From Neophaeotheca triangularis (lineage: Eukaryota), in contig BAAIJX010000005.1 in assembly GCA_054600435.1 (NCBI GenBank), positions 496,001-560,000 of the forward strand: DNA of 64,000 nt. Reading direction: 5' to 3'. The notes beneath the pieces were generated by a model that saw only the letters and a program-made list of their open reading frames with translations, did no database searches and was not told the origin of the DNA. Shown piece by piece: positions 10,090 to 23,831 of the stretch. A program made the position numbers and the translations under genes. The stretch's first letter is position 1. Each line of letters begins with the position of its first letter.

Positions 10090-13000
10090 CTAATCAAAGT
10101 CCATCGGCTTATCCTCCAATTCGACACCGCGAGGGGTCGGTGCCGGCTGCTCCTCCTCCCTTTCCTGCCCTCGCACTCCAGTTTCCGAACTCAGCGAATC
10201 CCGCTTCCCAACGAGCGACTGGCGTTGCAATCCCCCTACTGCGGATGAAGCAGCGGCAGCAGCAATGGGAGCTGGTTTACGGGACTGCACCGGTTTGCGG
10301 CGGTTGAGAGAGTCGTGCTTTTCGGGTTTCGTGTCGTCGGCGTTGGGTTGGGGGTTGGTGTCGGTAGAGTATTTGGAGGTTGGGACTGAGGACGAAGTCG
10401 GGTCGACGGTGGAGGTAGGGGAGGTGTAGTAGTCGTTCTGGGCTGTGAAGTCCACCGAGGCGGACATGGTTGGGGCGTTTGTGGTTGTGGTTGTGGTCGT
10501 GGTGGGGGCGTTGGAGGTTTCGGTAGCGCTGCGGGAGCGGATGGAGTCGGTGGTGGTTGGCTCGTCGTCGGCGGGTGGGGGTTGATGGATGCTGCCGTTT
10601 GTGCGGGAGAGGTTGGGGCTGGGGGAGTCGGAGGAGGTGGAGTCGCGGGCTGAGTTCGTAGTGGTGTTGTTGATGCGGCTTTGTGGTGGGCTTAGGGGTA
10701 CCTCAAGGCTGCCTCTTTGGCCGGCGCTGGAGTTGGGCGTGAAGGTGCGTTTTGCGTCTGTTGGGCTCGTTACGGAGTTGGTGGATATGGGGAAGCGGGT
10801 TTCGGCCCCGCGGCTTCGGTCTCTTCGGTGACCATCGCTCACTATTCTTCCTGCTGGTGCGGGACTCTTGTCACGAGTTCTACTGCCACCGGCCTGGGCT
10901 TGAGCGGCGAGGATGGCGCGTTGTCGCTCTTCCATGTGCTCTCGGCGCTTTGATTCGTCGGTGCTTACTGCCCTCGCTGAACGGGTGGAGTTTGATGAGT
11001 TGAGGGAGCTCGCGCGTTTGAGCTCGCCGAAGATGTCATCCTTGTGTGCCAGTAGGTCCCTCACAAGTCGTACGTTGTACTTTTCGGTCATGCTCAAACT
11101 GCTTTCTTGCTTAGGGCGTAAGAGAATGGGGGCAAGCTGATTTGCGAGCTGCGAGACATATTGCTCGTCGGCGCTGGTAAGCTCAACTAGGCGGGAGAAG
11201 TGAGTGACGATGGCATCCAGAGTCGCAATATTGGCCAATCGTAGCTGGCTAAGCGTCGATTGTATCACTTGTATCCTCTGAGATTCCGACGCCGTCTGGG
11301 CGGTGCTCGAATAGATAGTCTTGACAATCTCGTAAACATGGCTGCTGATGAGGGAGTCTGGCAATTCAAGCAAATAGAGCTTGAGCACAGAAGCGACGAT
11401 CGGAATCTCGTACTTCTCCAACAATTGTGATGGGATCGGTTTTCCAGTGTTAAGCTGGTTCCGTAGATGATGTGTTGCTGCTAGGGGAACGTCCACTAAC
11501 CATATTCCCCTGCGCGCTTCGTCGCCCTCCAGATCAGGATAGTGATTGTCCAGGAACATAAGCAGAGTGGTGACGATGATTGGTACTCGTTTCCTGTCGC
11601 TTCTAGCTCGGGCCTCGATATCCACACCGAAAGTTTGCTCGTCCACGGTATTGTAGTAGTTTTCGTACGTAGTCACCTTTGGCACGTAGTTTCCGGTCCT
11701 GTAGTTCTCCAGGAAATACCGCAAATCGCTCATGGGCTGCACAGTTTCCTGGAACAACATCATGTTGTCAACCGTACTCTGCAAGCTTGGAATGACATTG
11801 CTGACTGCGCCCGAGAAGTCGAGAACGACGCTTTTGATAGCCTTCAACCTGTCGAGCTCGCAGCGTTCCATGAATTTCAAGTGGTCGACAATGGCTTCTT
11901 CGAGGTTGCATCGTAGGCCATCGAGCTTCCTGATAGCAATCTTGTACCGCTCATCGGCCTCTTTCGCTTCTCGTCGTAGCTTTTCCGCCGGAGTTTCATT
12001 CGGGTGTGCGTTGTTCAACGGATTCCAACCGCCAAGGTACTCGTTGAACCTGGCAGTACCTTCGGAGAACGACTCACTAGTCTGTGAGCTAGTTGTTGAT
12101 GACCGGCCGAGAAGCTTCGGTTTCTTCTCAGGAACGCCGGTCAACTGGAAGGTCTTTGGACGCCATTGGTAATTCATCTTGCTGCTGTTTGCGAACGTGC
12201 TTCCTACGTTACCAATCAGCCTCAAGAAGCCATTTGTGATCAGGTCCTGCCCGATGCGCTCCGCATAGGCCAAGCTGTTTGCGCCCATGTGTCTCTGGAT
12301 ATACTCGGTGATGTCCGACCCCGTGCTGACGTTCTGGTACGTTCCCAAGATAGGTACTTTGGCTTCGCCGAGCTTGATGTTGTCCAACGCATGCGTCAAG
12401 AGCTTCTTGACCTGCTCAGGCTGATACGTCTCGTCACCTATATCGATCGGCTCCGGCTCTTCCTCATCCTCTTCAACCTTTATGCTAGGCACGCTCTGTA
12501 CCGAGGGCTTCGGTGAGCCTGAGGCGGCTGCTGAACCTGGGTCTTGAAAAGCCAGCTTCTCTTCCTCGTCGAGATCCTCGACCCTTCTGCACTTGTTGAA
12601 ATAAGCGCTTCGGTACTGCCGGACCGTCTCGGCTTGCCTGTCGTGGGCCTTGATTCGCCCCTGGAGGTCGTCCTGACTATTCTGCACGCGGGCCGCATGT
12701 TGGTCGCACCAGCGGCCGAAAGGGTTGACGACAAGCTCCCGGATGTTAGACGCTATCTTTCGGTGGTTATGCGAGGCTTGCTGCATTTCGGTGCGTACGC
12801 CATCGTATGCCTGAAGGAGTATTAGCTGCGGCTGTGCACGCAATGCCCAATCACGTTTTAACGCACCTTCTTCGTACTCGCTCCGTCATCCTTTTGGAAG
12901 CCTCCGTCTATGCGGTTCGTAGCCGTCTCGATATCGCCCAGCTTCTGCCCGTAGAGGTCTTCGGCATCAGCGCGCATGCGGGCTACGGTGAGCATCTGCT

Positions 13001-13155
13001 GGTTCTCCTGCACGCCCTGCTGGAGCTTGCCGAAAAGTACACCCAGACCTTGTAGAAAGTTAGCAAGGTGCTCTTGACTACGGCGCTCGTAGACTTTGTG
13101 GAAACGTACCTCCGGCATAGTCTGAGGACCAGAATGAGCTTGCGAAACTCGACAT
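10090..13155 (-). CDS. RGD2: F-BAR/DEP/RhoGAP protein (Rgd2/Rga8 family)
   Basis: Exons 13155-13110, 13048-12867 and 12810-10090. Starts MSSFASSFWSSDYAGGLGVLFGKLQQGVQEN (FCH/F-BAR). DEP-like AERIGQDLITNGFLRLIGNVG; RhoGAP region FGVDIEARAR..VLKLYLLELPDSLI; Ser/Thr-rich tail. Confidence 0.88.
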
Positions 13156-13722
13156 GGTTGAGGAATTCCTGGATGCCCCAGTATCTTTCACTCCCTCCTT
13201 TTCGCGGGCCCTCGTGTGTGTAGATGGGTATGAGTGGAGAGATGATATCGTCAGTCCTGGCCTGGCTTGCTTGGGTCAAGCAGCGATTGTTTCGTCTCGT
13301 TGCGCCGGAACTCGTAGGCCAATGCCGGTGCCGATATGGAGCGTGCAGCCAATGCAGAATGATAGGTCCAAATAGCGGGCACAAGTTGTGCAGCAAGTCA
13401 CGAGGAGTGTACCTTGGTTGTATGTAAGTTAGGACAATTGCCAGCCCCCTTCTTCTTCAACTTCCCTGCTGCTGCTTCCCTACCGCGCTAGAGAGCTTGG
13501 AAGTCGCATCCGCCTCCACCTTTTACGACGCGAGCGTTACTTGCGTTTCTTCAGGGTCCAACCCCCGTACAGTAACTTACTTAACCTTGGAACTTTGTGA
13601 AGCGAGCTGATTCAGCTGAAGCTTCAAAGCCCGAGACTAAGGTACATAACGCCTTGAACGTCACCCCCTTGGATTACCCGTCTTATTACCACTTCCATAC
13701 TGTTTGGCCTATGCGCTGAAGA

Positions 13723-16700
13723 ATGAGGGCGTGAGTGCCGACGCTGTATTCTTTCATCGTTCGCTGTATACGCTGACACCTCCATCACAGTCCCCGGGGA
13801 CCCACGCGGCGCAACGCGTTGGATAAGCTTGCTACCTTGTCAGCCCACACAGCTTCAACCTCCAACCAAGCAGACGATCTAGACACTTTGTATGATCTCG
13901 GCCGGCCAAATGGCGCTCAAGCACCCAATGGAGACATCAATGGAGCGAGACCAGCTTCCGACGTGCCCATGGGCATTCGAGAGCTCGAGGTTTTGCTGGC
14001 ATTGTGCAAAGCAGCCCCCCTGATCCAGGCGCATAACGACGCTTCGAAACTCCTGAACCAGCTCTCGCCTTATCTACCAGAGGCCCATCGACAGGTCGTG
14101 GCCCCTACCTCGCTCTTGCAGCATTTGCCGCCGTGGGGCACGCTTTCCTACGAGCTCACCTCTGCCGTCCTTGCGATCGGTCTGGAGCACCCTTCCCTCC
14201 GACAACTCGCCTTGAGTCGCGTTGACGAGACAATCGATAGCATAGCGAGGAGCGCATCGTACAACATCTCCGCGACGGCTGAGGTTGATGTCGGAAGGGT
14301 TGCCGAGCACTCCCTGGCAAGCATTCAGCTCTCGGTATCGTTGCTGGGATGCCTGAACGCTGCAACGAAATATGCTCGCGTGTGGACCTCCGAGCAAAGG
14401 CTACGGACGATACAAAAACTTCGAAGCGTGCTCTCCGAGGATTTCATGGTGTCACTGGAGGGGGCATTGTCGGCGGTACGGAACTCAAGAGGTCATGGGA
14501 AGCCTGTCAAAGATTGGAAGAGATGGGTTAGACAATACGCGATTGACGGCAACCCGCTGGGTGCCATGTTGCTACAAAAAGGCTTCATGAATTTTGTCGA
14601 GGCTTCTGCGGTTTTACTTGTCACACCCCCTGACCAGATCCAGCCTCCAGAGCTGCTGCCCACCTTGCTTTCGCGGACTCCGCTCATCGATTGCGGAGTC
14701 ATTCGAGTGTCCAACGAGGTCATCGAGAGCCTCACTGGTATAATAGCGGATGAAATCGCGTTGCTCGACGCGGATGCCGACTATCTTCGCCTAAGCTCGG
14801 CATGGCAGCAGAGACTTGCTTTAACGGTAAAGGCAAGCAGTCTACGCAGTTTCTTGTGCCTTACCATTCTAAACGAAGACATTGCCGACGACGAGGTCTT
14901 CATGGCCTGGCTTGATCTCGTCGCCTCTGATCCGGTACAGATGGCTGACGAGGCCCTTGCACAAACTACACTAATGTCGATGGCGGTGCTTTCGAGAACG
15001 TCGCAAACCACTGCACTCAACTTAAGCCGCTCTCTGCCCAGAATGATTGTACAAGGCAAGATGACACCACAGACAGCGACCGTAGCTGGCGAAAGCCTGG
15101 CAACAGTCCTCAAGCTGCTTTCACAGGACGTCATCATCAGCACTCTGTACAGCCTTGGCAACGTCTTGAGCGCTTCCGCTGGAACAGAACAGATCGGAAA
15201 AAAGCCTTTTCTGGATCCCAAAGGGAGCACGCACCGGAATACCGGTCCATACGAAGCTCCACAAAGAGGTGGTAGTTCTATCTCCCTAGTCGTCAGTGAC
15301 GAAGAGGAGACGGCTGCTGTCTATGGCACTGTCGTGCATGCAATCGTGGCCGTTGCTGTGGCTTGCAACAAGCCTGAGATCACGGCGCTGGTACTGTCGA
15401 TGCTCATTCAGAAGATTGGTCGCATTAATGCAGCAATCGATGCTCGTATTGTATCAGAAACTGCGCTACTGGGAGCTCACGCCGGACCAGGGGAGTTCAG
15501 AGCTTTGCTCAAACTCTACAGCAAGGTCTCTATTGACTCAATTGCCCAGAACAATACCGTGATGCAGCGGGCAGTCACGGACGCCAGGATCCAGCTCGCA
15601 ACATCGCTGCCCAAATCCCATCCAATGTACCCTATTTACCTGGTGCAGCTACTTGGTCTCATTGTGAGCAGCGGTGACACGGCCGGAGACACCAGGAAAG
15701 TCGACATCGCTCTTGCAACGCAAACAATAGCCAGTCTTCTCCGTCCGCTAGCCGTGCTTGCCTCGATTGACCCTTCCCCGTTGCCAGACTTTGAAGACCC
15801 GGACTTGGTTGGTGAGCTAGGCCGTGACGCTTGGTTCAACCTTGTCGTCCACGGCTTCACGTTGACGTCTCAGCCCACCAGAGAGCACATGGAGGAGTTG
15901 CGGCTGCTAGCCCAGCACAGTCTGCCGCTTGTCGACGAAGGCCGCGTTGATCTGCCGGAAAGCGGTATTGACCTCGATACTGTGCTGTGGCGTGGCAACA
16001 CAGCATCTCGCATGGCCGAGCAAAAGTCGTCGCTAGTTGCTGCTATGCCGACAAGCGAAGCCGAAATCAAAGCCCTGAACTACAACGAGGCCGTCTTTTT
16101 GAACGCTGCGCTGCTGGTGTCGACCCTTCGTGCGCGATCAGGCGACTGCACAGCTATCCTGCCCTACTTCACCGAAGGCAAAGTCAAGGGAACTGCAATG
16201 GGAAATGTGATGATGACCATGGCCACCAACGGCGTCGACGCTTACCTTCAAAAAGCTACGACGGGCAAAGAACAGGCTTTCGCCGCCCCTCAATTAGGCA
16301 AGCAACTCGCGACCTTCTTCGAGAACTGCTGCCATAGAATCTCCAAAGTCCAAATAGCCGCAGTGACGTGCGCTGATCGCATCATGAACAACGTGCCATC
16401 GGCGCTATGTCAAAAACCCGCGCTTTTCGCTCTGCTTGAGCTCCTCACCTTGATGTGGCGAAGTTGTCTCGACGCAGAGACGGACGAATACGAGTGGAAG
16501 TCGTCTTACAGATCTGAGCGTGGTAATGTCAATCTACAGCTTTCTGACGATATAAGTTTCCGACAAGCGACCCTCAGCAATCTGCAGAAGCGGAGCCGCA
16601 GATGGGTCTCTCAGGCCATCGAGGTTGCGCCGTTGGATGTCAAAGGCCTGCTGCAAGCTTATCTCGAGGAATACGAGGACGACGGTGCGTACGGACACGT

Positions 16701-19635
16701 TGCGCTCGGGCGGTCTTTTGCAGTTGAAATGGGCTCGATGATACCTGCCAGCGACCAACGACTCACCGCTCTTGATAGCCAGCGCGAAGTGGGCATCAAC
16801 ACAGCATCGGACTTCATGGCTCAGTACACCACTCGACAAGAATATCGTCATCTGGGAAACGTCGCAGCGCAGGAATCCATTGAAGATGACTGGGCCCTCG
16901 TCAACCACAACGGCGAAGCCAGGACCACGGCGTTGCAAACTGAAAATCCTGTCAAAGATAGCACAGGCGTGCGACTCACACAGCTGGCTAAACAGCTCCG
17001 AGCTGGCGAGAATGTTCCCTTTGAACGGATGCGAGATGTTTTACGTGACGCTGCTGGTGTCCTGAGTCGTGGAGAAGCGAGCCAATGTGGTTTAATTCAT
17101 GAACTGGTCAGTATACCCTTCTTGGCCTTTGACAAGCAAACCGTGAAGCTCGGCATCTCCCTGTGGATGGGGGTAATCAAAGAAAACCCGAGCCTCGAGA
17201 CTAGGGTGCTGGTTGAGATCGCCGCAGGATGGGAGTCATCCGTTCGGTTGGGGAAGGGATTCTTCAATTCGAACCTTCAGTAAGTCGAAGTCTGAGACTG
17301 AACTGATATAATTCAGACTGACTTTTGTGCCAGGCACCCCGATCCCTTCTACGTGAAGGAAGAATTCGCTCCCATGAACCGCGAACCGATAGTCAAGCGT
17401 CAACAAGCGATCCACAATCTCATTGCACCTCACTATCGCCTCGCAACCCTTCTGTCCAGTCATTTCAGTGCCTCGAGACTCACCGCCCCGGCTGTGGAGA
17501 GGGTATACGCCCGACTGATGCGTATTACGATGCTTGCAATGCGCAAGACCGTCAGCCACCCTCTAGCGCGTGAAGTCCACTTCCATATGGTACTCTTGGC
17601 GCTCAAAGCCTTGAGGCTCGGTACGCAGCACGACAGCGCCGCTGAGTGGAGACTGAAAGACGCGATCCTATCGGCTGGGCTAGCCTGGTTTGCCAACCCA
17701 CCGAGATGGTCTTTCGGCGGCAACAGGCTGCAAGTCAAGGCCGAAATCAAGATACTAGGCGATGTCACGAATTTGTTGCAGACTCTTGGTGCTATTGGCA
17801 GTAAGGCCACGAGGTCGCTCGCGTCTCTGCAACCGAAGCAGGAGCTTCTGCAACAACTTATCTCGCATGAGGTTGGCCGCTTGACCGTGTGGATCACTCC
17901 TCTCCAGCAAGATCAGCGCACTATTGGGTTTGGTGGTAATCAAGCTGCGACCAAGGAGGCGAGTATCACTGCGCTCCTCACTACCGCTTGGATCGAGAAT
18001 CCAAAGATCCCTGTGCAAATCGCGACCAGATTCCATTCTGACAAGATGGCCCGAGAAGTGCGCACGCTGCTGATGAAGCAGCCGGAGAAGGCGGTTGGTG
18101 AACCCGACGCTTTGCACATACTGATCGGAGCCTCGTTGCCCTCGGATCTCAAGTCCCAGCTGAAGTACTTGCTATATTGGGCTCCGATCAATCCGATGGC
18201 GGCGGTGGTCCACTTCTTACCCGCTTACGGGAATCATCCCTTCATCCTCCAGTACGCAATGCGCGCACTAGAGAGTCACTCAGTCGACGTGACCTTCTTC
18301 TACGTCCCGCAGATCGTGCAGTCTCTTCGCTACGATGCCATGGGTTACGTGGAGCGTTACATCATTGAGACGGCCAAGTTCTCGCAGCTATTTGCGCATC
18401 AAATTATTTGGAACATGAAGGCGAACGCTTACAAAGACGAGGACTCGGAAGAGCCGGATCCGATGAAACCCACGCTGGATAGAGTCATGGATGCGCTCAT
18501 TGCTTCATTCTCGAAAGAGGACAAGGAATTCTACGAGCGCGAGTTTGACTTCTTCGGCAAGGTCACGGGCATCTCCGGGAAGCTCAAGCCTTTCATCAAG
18601 CGCCCAAAACCCGAGAAGAAGCAGAAGATTGAGGAGGAGCTCCGGCAAATCCAGGTAGATGTGGGTGTGTACCTACCCAGCAACCCAGACGGCGTCGTCA
18701 TTGGAATCGACCGCAAATCCGGCAAGCCGCTCCAGTCCCACGCCAAAGCCCCCTACATGGCCACCTTCCGCATCCGCAAGGAAGAAGAAGACCTCGAGAA
18801 CGCCGAGCAAGCCTTGGCCCAAGGGCGCGAGATTAAACGCCGCAGCTACGAAGTCTGGCAGTCGGCCATTTTCAAAGTCGGTGACGACTGCCGGCAGGAC
18901 GTGCTGGCGCTCCAACTCATCGCAGCCTTCCGCGGCATCTTCAACACCGTCGGCCTCGACGTCTACGTCTTCCCCTACCGCGTCACCGCCACTGCCCCGG
19001 GCTGCGGCGTCATCGACGTCCTGCCTCAATCCATTTCCCGCGACATGCTCGGCCGCGAAGCCGTCAACGGCCTTTACGAATACTTCGTCAGCAAGTACGG
19101 CAACGAAGACTCGCCGCGTTTTCAGTCGGCTCGCTCGAATTTCGTGAAATCCATGGCCGCCTACAGCATCATCTCGTACCTGCTGCAATTCAAAGATCGC
19201 CACAACGGCAACATCATGGTCGACGAGGCCGGTCACATCTTGCACATCGACTTTGGCTTCTGCTTCGACATTGCCCCCGGCGGCGTCAAATTCGAGCGGG
19301 CGCCGTTCAAGCTCTCGCCCGAAATGGTCGCCGTCATGGGCCGGTCCACTTCGGCGCCGGCTTTCAAAGCTTTCGAGGAGTTGTGCGTCAAGGCTTTTCT
19401 AGCGGCGCGGCAGTATGTCGAGCAGTTGAGCCATATTGTCATGACCATGCTTGATTCCGGGTTGCCATGTTTTAAACCCCAGACCATTCAGCATTTCCGG
19501 GAGAGGTTTGTTCTTGACAAGAGTGAGCGCGAGGCGGCCGAGTTTGTGAGGAAGTTGGTGCATTGGAGTGAGAGGAGTTATTCGACGGGGGTTTATGATT
19601 ATTTCCAGTTGTTGACGAATGGGATTCCTTACTAG
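13723..19635 (+). CDS. STT4: Phosphatidylinositol 4-kinase type III alpha
   Basis: Exons 13723-13730, 13791-17279 and 17334-19635 join the 1154-aa and 760-aa ORFs in frame. Kinase motifs PLQSHAKAP, IFKVGDDCRQDVLALQ, KDRHNGNIM and HIDFGF; C-terminus YDYFQLLTNGIPY. Confidence 0.95.
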
Positions 19636-20441
19636 TGTTGGAGGTGGAGGGGGAGGGGGTCGGGCTGTGTGCTTAGTAGGTGTAGCACAGGCATACTACG
19701 AAGACTCTCGCGATCTGCGGCACCTTGACATTGTCATTGCGGTGATTATTTATACCTAGGTACAGTCCGATAGAGGCGACTAAACTGCAGACGAGGCAGC
19801 TACCGGTTTATTATAGGCTTTGGAAGGCAAGTCCATGCCGGCCTGTAAAATCCATCTGTCGCTTCTGCAAGCTTGAGGTGTGATTGGCTCAACAGCGATG
19901 CGGCTAGTATCAGGCCGCTTTCGGCACAGCTCTTGGCTTTCTTTTTCACATGTACCCGTACCCGACCTACTGGAGGTACAGGCACAGCAGGTACTTAGTA
20001 CTGTAGTAGTAGTAGGTACAAACGACAGGCGGGCCTAGATGCCTCTACGCCTCTAAATCCCTACATATCTACTAGTACTTAGGCATTGTTTTGAATGAAT
20101 ATATTTGATTGAAAATCAAGTGAAATTCCTGCCATAGCGATGCGTTTTTGATTAGCAGCCTCGATCAATATTATTGCACAGCACAACACAGCACAGCACT
20201 TTCCGCCTTCTAATGGTTGGTTACTAGGTGGTAACCGTTTAACGCCCAACGTCACAAGCACAACAAATACCTAAACCTTGTACCGGTGCTTAACAACGCC
20301 TGGGCCGAACTCCGAGATATGCTAGTAGTGGCGGATGATTGATGATTATTATTGCCACTCGTTGCTGGCGCAAATCTAACTCTAATCGCAATCATGTGTA
20401 GATCCTAGGCAGGCAGTAGTCTACCGTCTACCGCTGTACCT

Positions 20442-20442
<1 letters not shown>

Positions 20443-20484
<42 letters not shown>
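20443..20484. repeat. (ACT)14 microsatellite
   Basis: Perfect trinucleotide run about 100 bp upstream of the OSCA/CSC1 start codon. Confidence 0.95.
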
Positions 20485-20583
20485 GTACTGTATTCACTGA
20501 CCCATACCACCCTTTTTCCCACCCCACCCCACCCCATCCCGTACGTACATACTTTCTACTGCATTCCGGTATGCCCGTACGCC

Positions 20584-23500
20584 ATGGACGAGACGGCCAA
20601 CGATAACTCTGCGAACGATACCTCCTTCGCCGACCAACTTCTAAGTGGAAATGCCGGCCAGGGACAAAATGCAGAGGGCATTACCACCAGAGCCTTCTTC
20701 CTCAATCTTGCCACCGGTTTTGTCCTCTTTGCCGTGCAGTTCACCGCCTTCCATTTGCTGAAGAGCTCGAGCCTTGGGCGCCGCATATAGTTGGTGTCCC
20801 CATATCTCTCGACCGCCTAACTTTCCGTATACACCCTGTACTGACTTGCTACCCCCAACAGCCAGCCCAAAAGCTATCTCGTGCAGGCGCGATTACGAGT
20901 GGAAGCCATCCCGGCCAGTCCCTTGGCATGGATTCGCCGAATCTTGACCATCAAGGGCGAAGAACTCATAGCCAAATGTGGACTTGACGGCTACTTTGCC
21001 ATCCGGTTCCTGCGGGCCATGCTGGTCATCTTCGTCCCCCTGATGATCCTCGTCGTCTCCATTCTGATCCCGCTCAACTACGACAACGGCAAATTTCAAA
21101 GGGAATGGGTCATAGGAGACGAGGAACCCGAAAACTACAACGTCACCGGTCTCGACACACTTTCCTGGCAAAATGTCCCTCCACCACGGACGCAACGCTA
21201 CTGGGCCCATCTTATCTGCGCTCTGATAGCGATTGTGTGGACGCTGTACCGCATCTACAAGGAGAAGCTGCACTTTGTCCAAGTTCGTCAAGACTACCTC
21301 ACGTCGCCTGAACACCGGCTCAAGGCTTCGGCAAGGACTATTCTTGTGACCAACATTCCCAGCGAGTATCGCAGCGAGGAAGCCCTGAAGGAATTGTTTG
21401 ATATTTTCATTGATGGGGATGACCGCAGTAAGCTGGTGATTTGGGTGAACAGGGACTACAGTTCGCTCAACGCTTTGGTCAAGAAGCGCAGGAAACTCTG
21501 CCAGGCTCTGGAGAAGGAGGAAGTTAGGGTGCTGCGGCTGATTGAGAAACGCTTTCACGAAAAGGGCACGGTCAAAACGGATGCCGAAAGCCCTCCGCAG
21601 TCTTCTTCAGACGCAGGATTGGCGCCCGGTGTTGATGGGACTCCCTTGCAGCGTGATTCTTCAGAAACAACCGCAAACTCGCCTCGGTCTGCTCGAGGTC
21701 CAACGACGCCTCATGGAGAAACTCAGCAATTGGAAGGCGATGCGCTTCAGCTCATTGACGATGCTTTCGAGGCAGACAACAACGAGACGCACCAGCTGTG
21801 GCGACAGTACCTTGAAGCGGCGCAGGAGCGCAAGATCACCGTAAATGGAAAGGGTGACAAGGTCGGAAAACTCAGCCTGCAGCGAACGGATCGAAAAAGC
21901 GTCTCCAAGATTGCTTGGCTGCGTGCACAGATTGCCCGACTGAGTGTGGAGATTGATGAGCTCCTGCCACACCTCGACGACGAATCCAAGTTCCCTCTTC
22001 AGAATTCTGCCTTCATCCAGTTCGAGAGGCAGATGGCAGCCAACTTCGCCGTTGCTATGACGGCTCATCACAAACCCGGCATCATGAGCCCGCGCTTTCT
22101 GCACGTTGCGCCCCATGAGATTGTGTGGAAAAACATGGGTCTTACAAGTCGGATACGGTTCGTTCGAAAGCTCGCAGCCTTTGCGATTTTTACGGGCATA
22201 CTCTTTCTCTGGGCTATACCGGCGTTCTTCTTTGGTACCCTGTCTCAGTTGGACCAGTTGCGGGACAAGACGGCGTGGCTGCAGTTTTTGCAAGACTGGC
22301 CTAGCTGGGTGATTAGTGTTATCTCTGGTAAGTCGAATCTTGTCGTCCATGAGATTGCTCGGTAATTGACAAGGAGCTAGGTCCGCTGGTCGCGATTCTC
22401 TTGGCCCTACTCATTCAGTTGGTGGTACCGGCCTTGTGTCGCAAACTGGCTATCCTCATGGGAGCACCGACACGCAGCCGACGCGAGCTCGCAACCCAAA
22501 GCTTCTACTTTACTTTCCTGTTCATCGAGCTTGTGCTAGTAACCTCCATCTCTGCCGGTATCTTCGCTACTATCGGAGCCATACTCGACAACCCGGCTAG
22601 CATCCCCACTACCTTGGCTACCAACCTCCCAAAGGCAGCCAACTACTTTTTCAACTACCTCATCATCCAGGCTCTGGGTTTCAGCGGCAGTTTGCTGTTC
22701 CAATACCTCCGAGTTTTGTTTATTACGCTGATCTGGCCTTGGTTCACCCAGACGCCAAGGCAAGAGGCATGGCTGCAGACGACAATCCCTCACCAGATGT
22801 GGGCAAACGTCTTCTCCATTTGGACCAACTTCGCAGCGATAGGCTTGATTTACTCCATCATCGCTCCCTTGATGCTCGTCTTCATCTCCGTTGTCTTCTC
22901 GCTCTTCTGGATGGCGTATCGCCACAACTACTACTACGTCCAGCGTACCAAAGTCGACACCCATGGCCAAATATTCAACCAAGCGTTATCTCAGCTTCTT
23001 GCCGGGGTATACGTATTGGAGATCACCCTCATCGGTCTTTTCTTCCTGGTCCGGAACGAGAATGGCAATGTCACCTGTACTCCACAAGCCATCATCATGA
23101 TCGTAGCACTCGCGTTGACGGCAGCCTACCATTTCGTTTTGGAAGGGACAATGTCACCACTGTACGATCTTCTACCCGTGACCTTGGAAGACAAAGCGGC
23201 AGAGCGAGAGCGCCGTCGGTTCCAGGCCAACATGGACGCAGTGGACACGGAAGCCGACGAGGACTCCGGAAACGACGGCCAAGCCACGGCAGACGAGAAG
23301 AACACGCGCAACCGTATGGATCGGCAGAGGGATCGAGGCACCGAAAAGGGCATAGTGTCGACAGCCGCCAACGCCCGACGCATGATGCAGCGCCTGCAGC
23401 AACGCGTCGAGTCCCGCCTCGAAGCCACGCACCGACAAACCACACCCTCCAGAGACCCCAACGACCACAACAGCTACGCCACCACGGCCGCCGCAGAGGG

Positions 23501-23831
23501 AAAATCCCGCAAAATGGAAATCGCCGATGAGCTCGGCGCCTCGATAGCGCGCTACCCGGACGAGCTCCTCGACCTTTCCCCCGCCGAGCGCGCCGCAGAA
23601 GTGTGCGCCGCTTACCAGGACCCCATAACGCGCGAGCCCACGCCCATCATCTGGATCCCGCAGGACGCCGCGGGCGGGTCCGAGGACGTGCTGCGCAGGG
23701 TGCAGCAGCGGTATGGCGGCTTGTTGCAGTATTCGAATGCAGGAGCTTACTTGACACAGAAGGGCAAGTGCGAGGTTACCCAGCCCGCACCGGATGTCAG
23801 GAGTGATTGGTTGTTGGATTGGGTTTTGTGA
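20584..23831 (+). CDS. OSCA/TMEM63/CSC1 (DUF221; Phm7/Rsn1/Spo75-like) Ca2+-permeable stress-gated channel
   Basis: Exons 20584-20789, 20862-22327 and 22381-23831. Motifs RRIYQPKSY, GLDGYFAIRFL, SARTILVTNIP, NSAFIQF, APHEIVWKN, LATNLPKAANYFFNY and IGLIYSIIAPL; many transmembrane segments. Confidence 0.92.
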
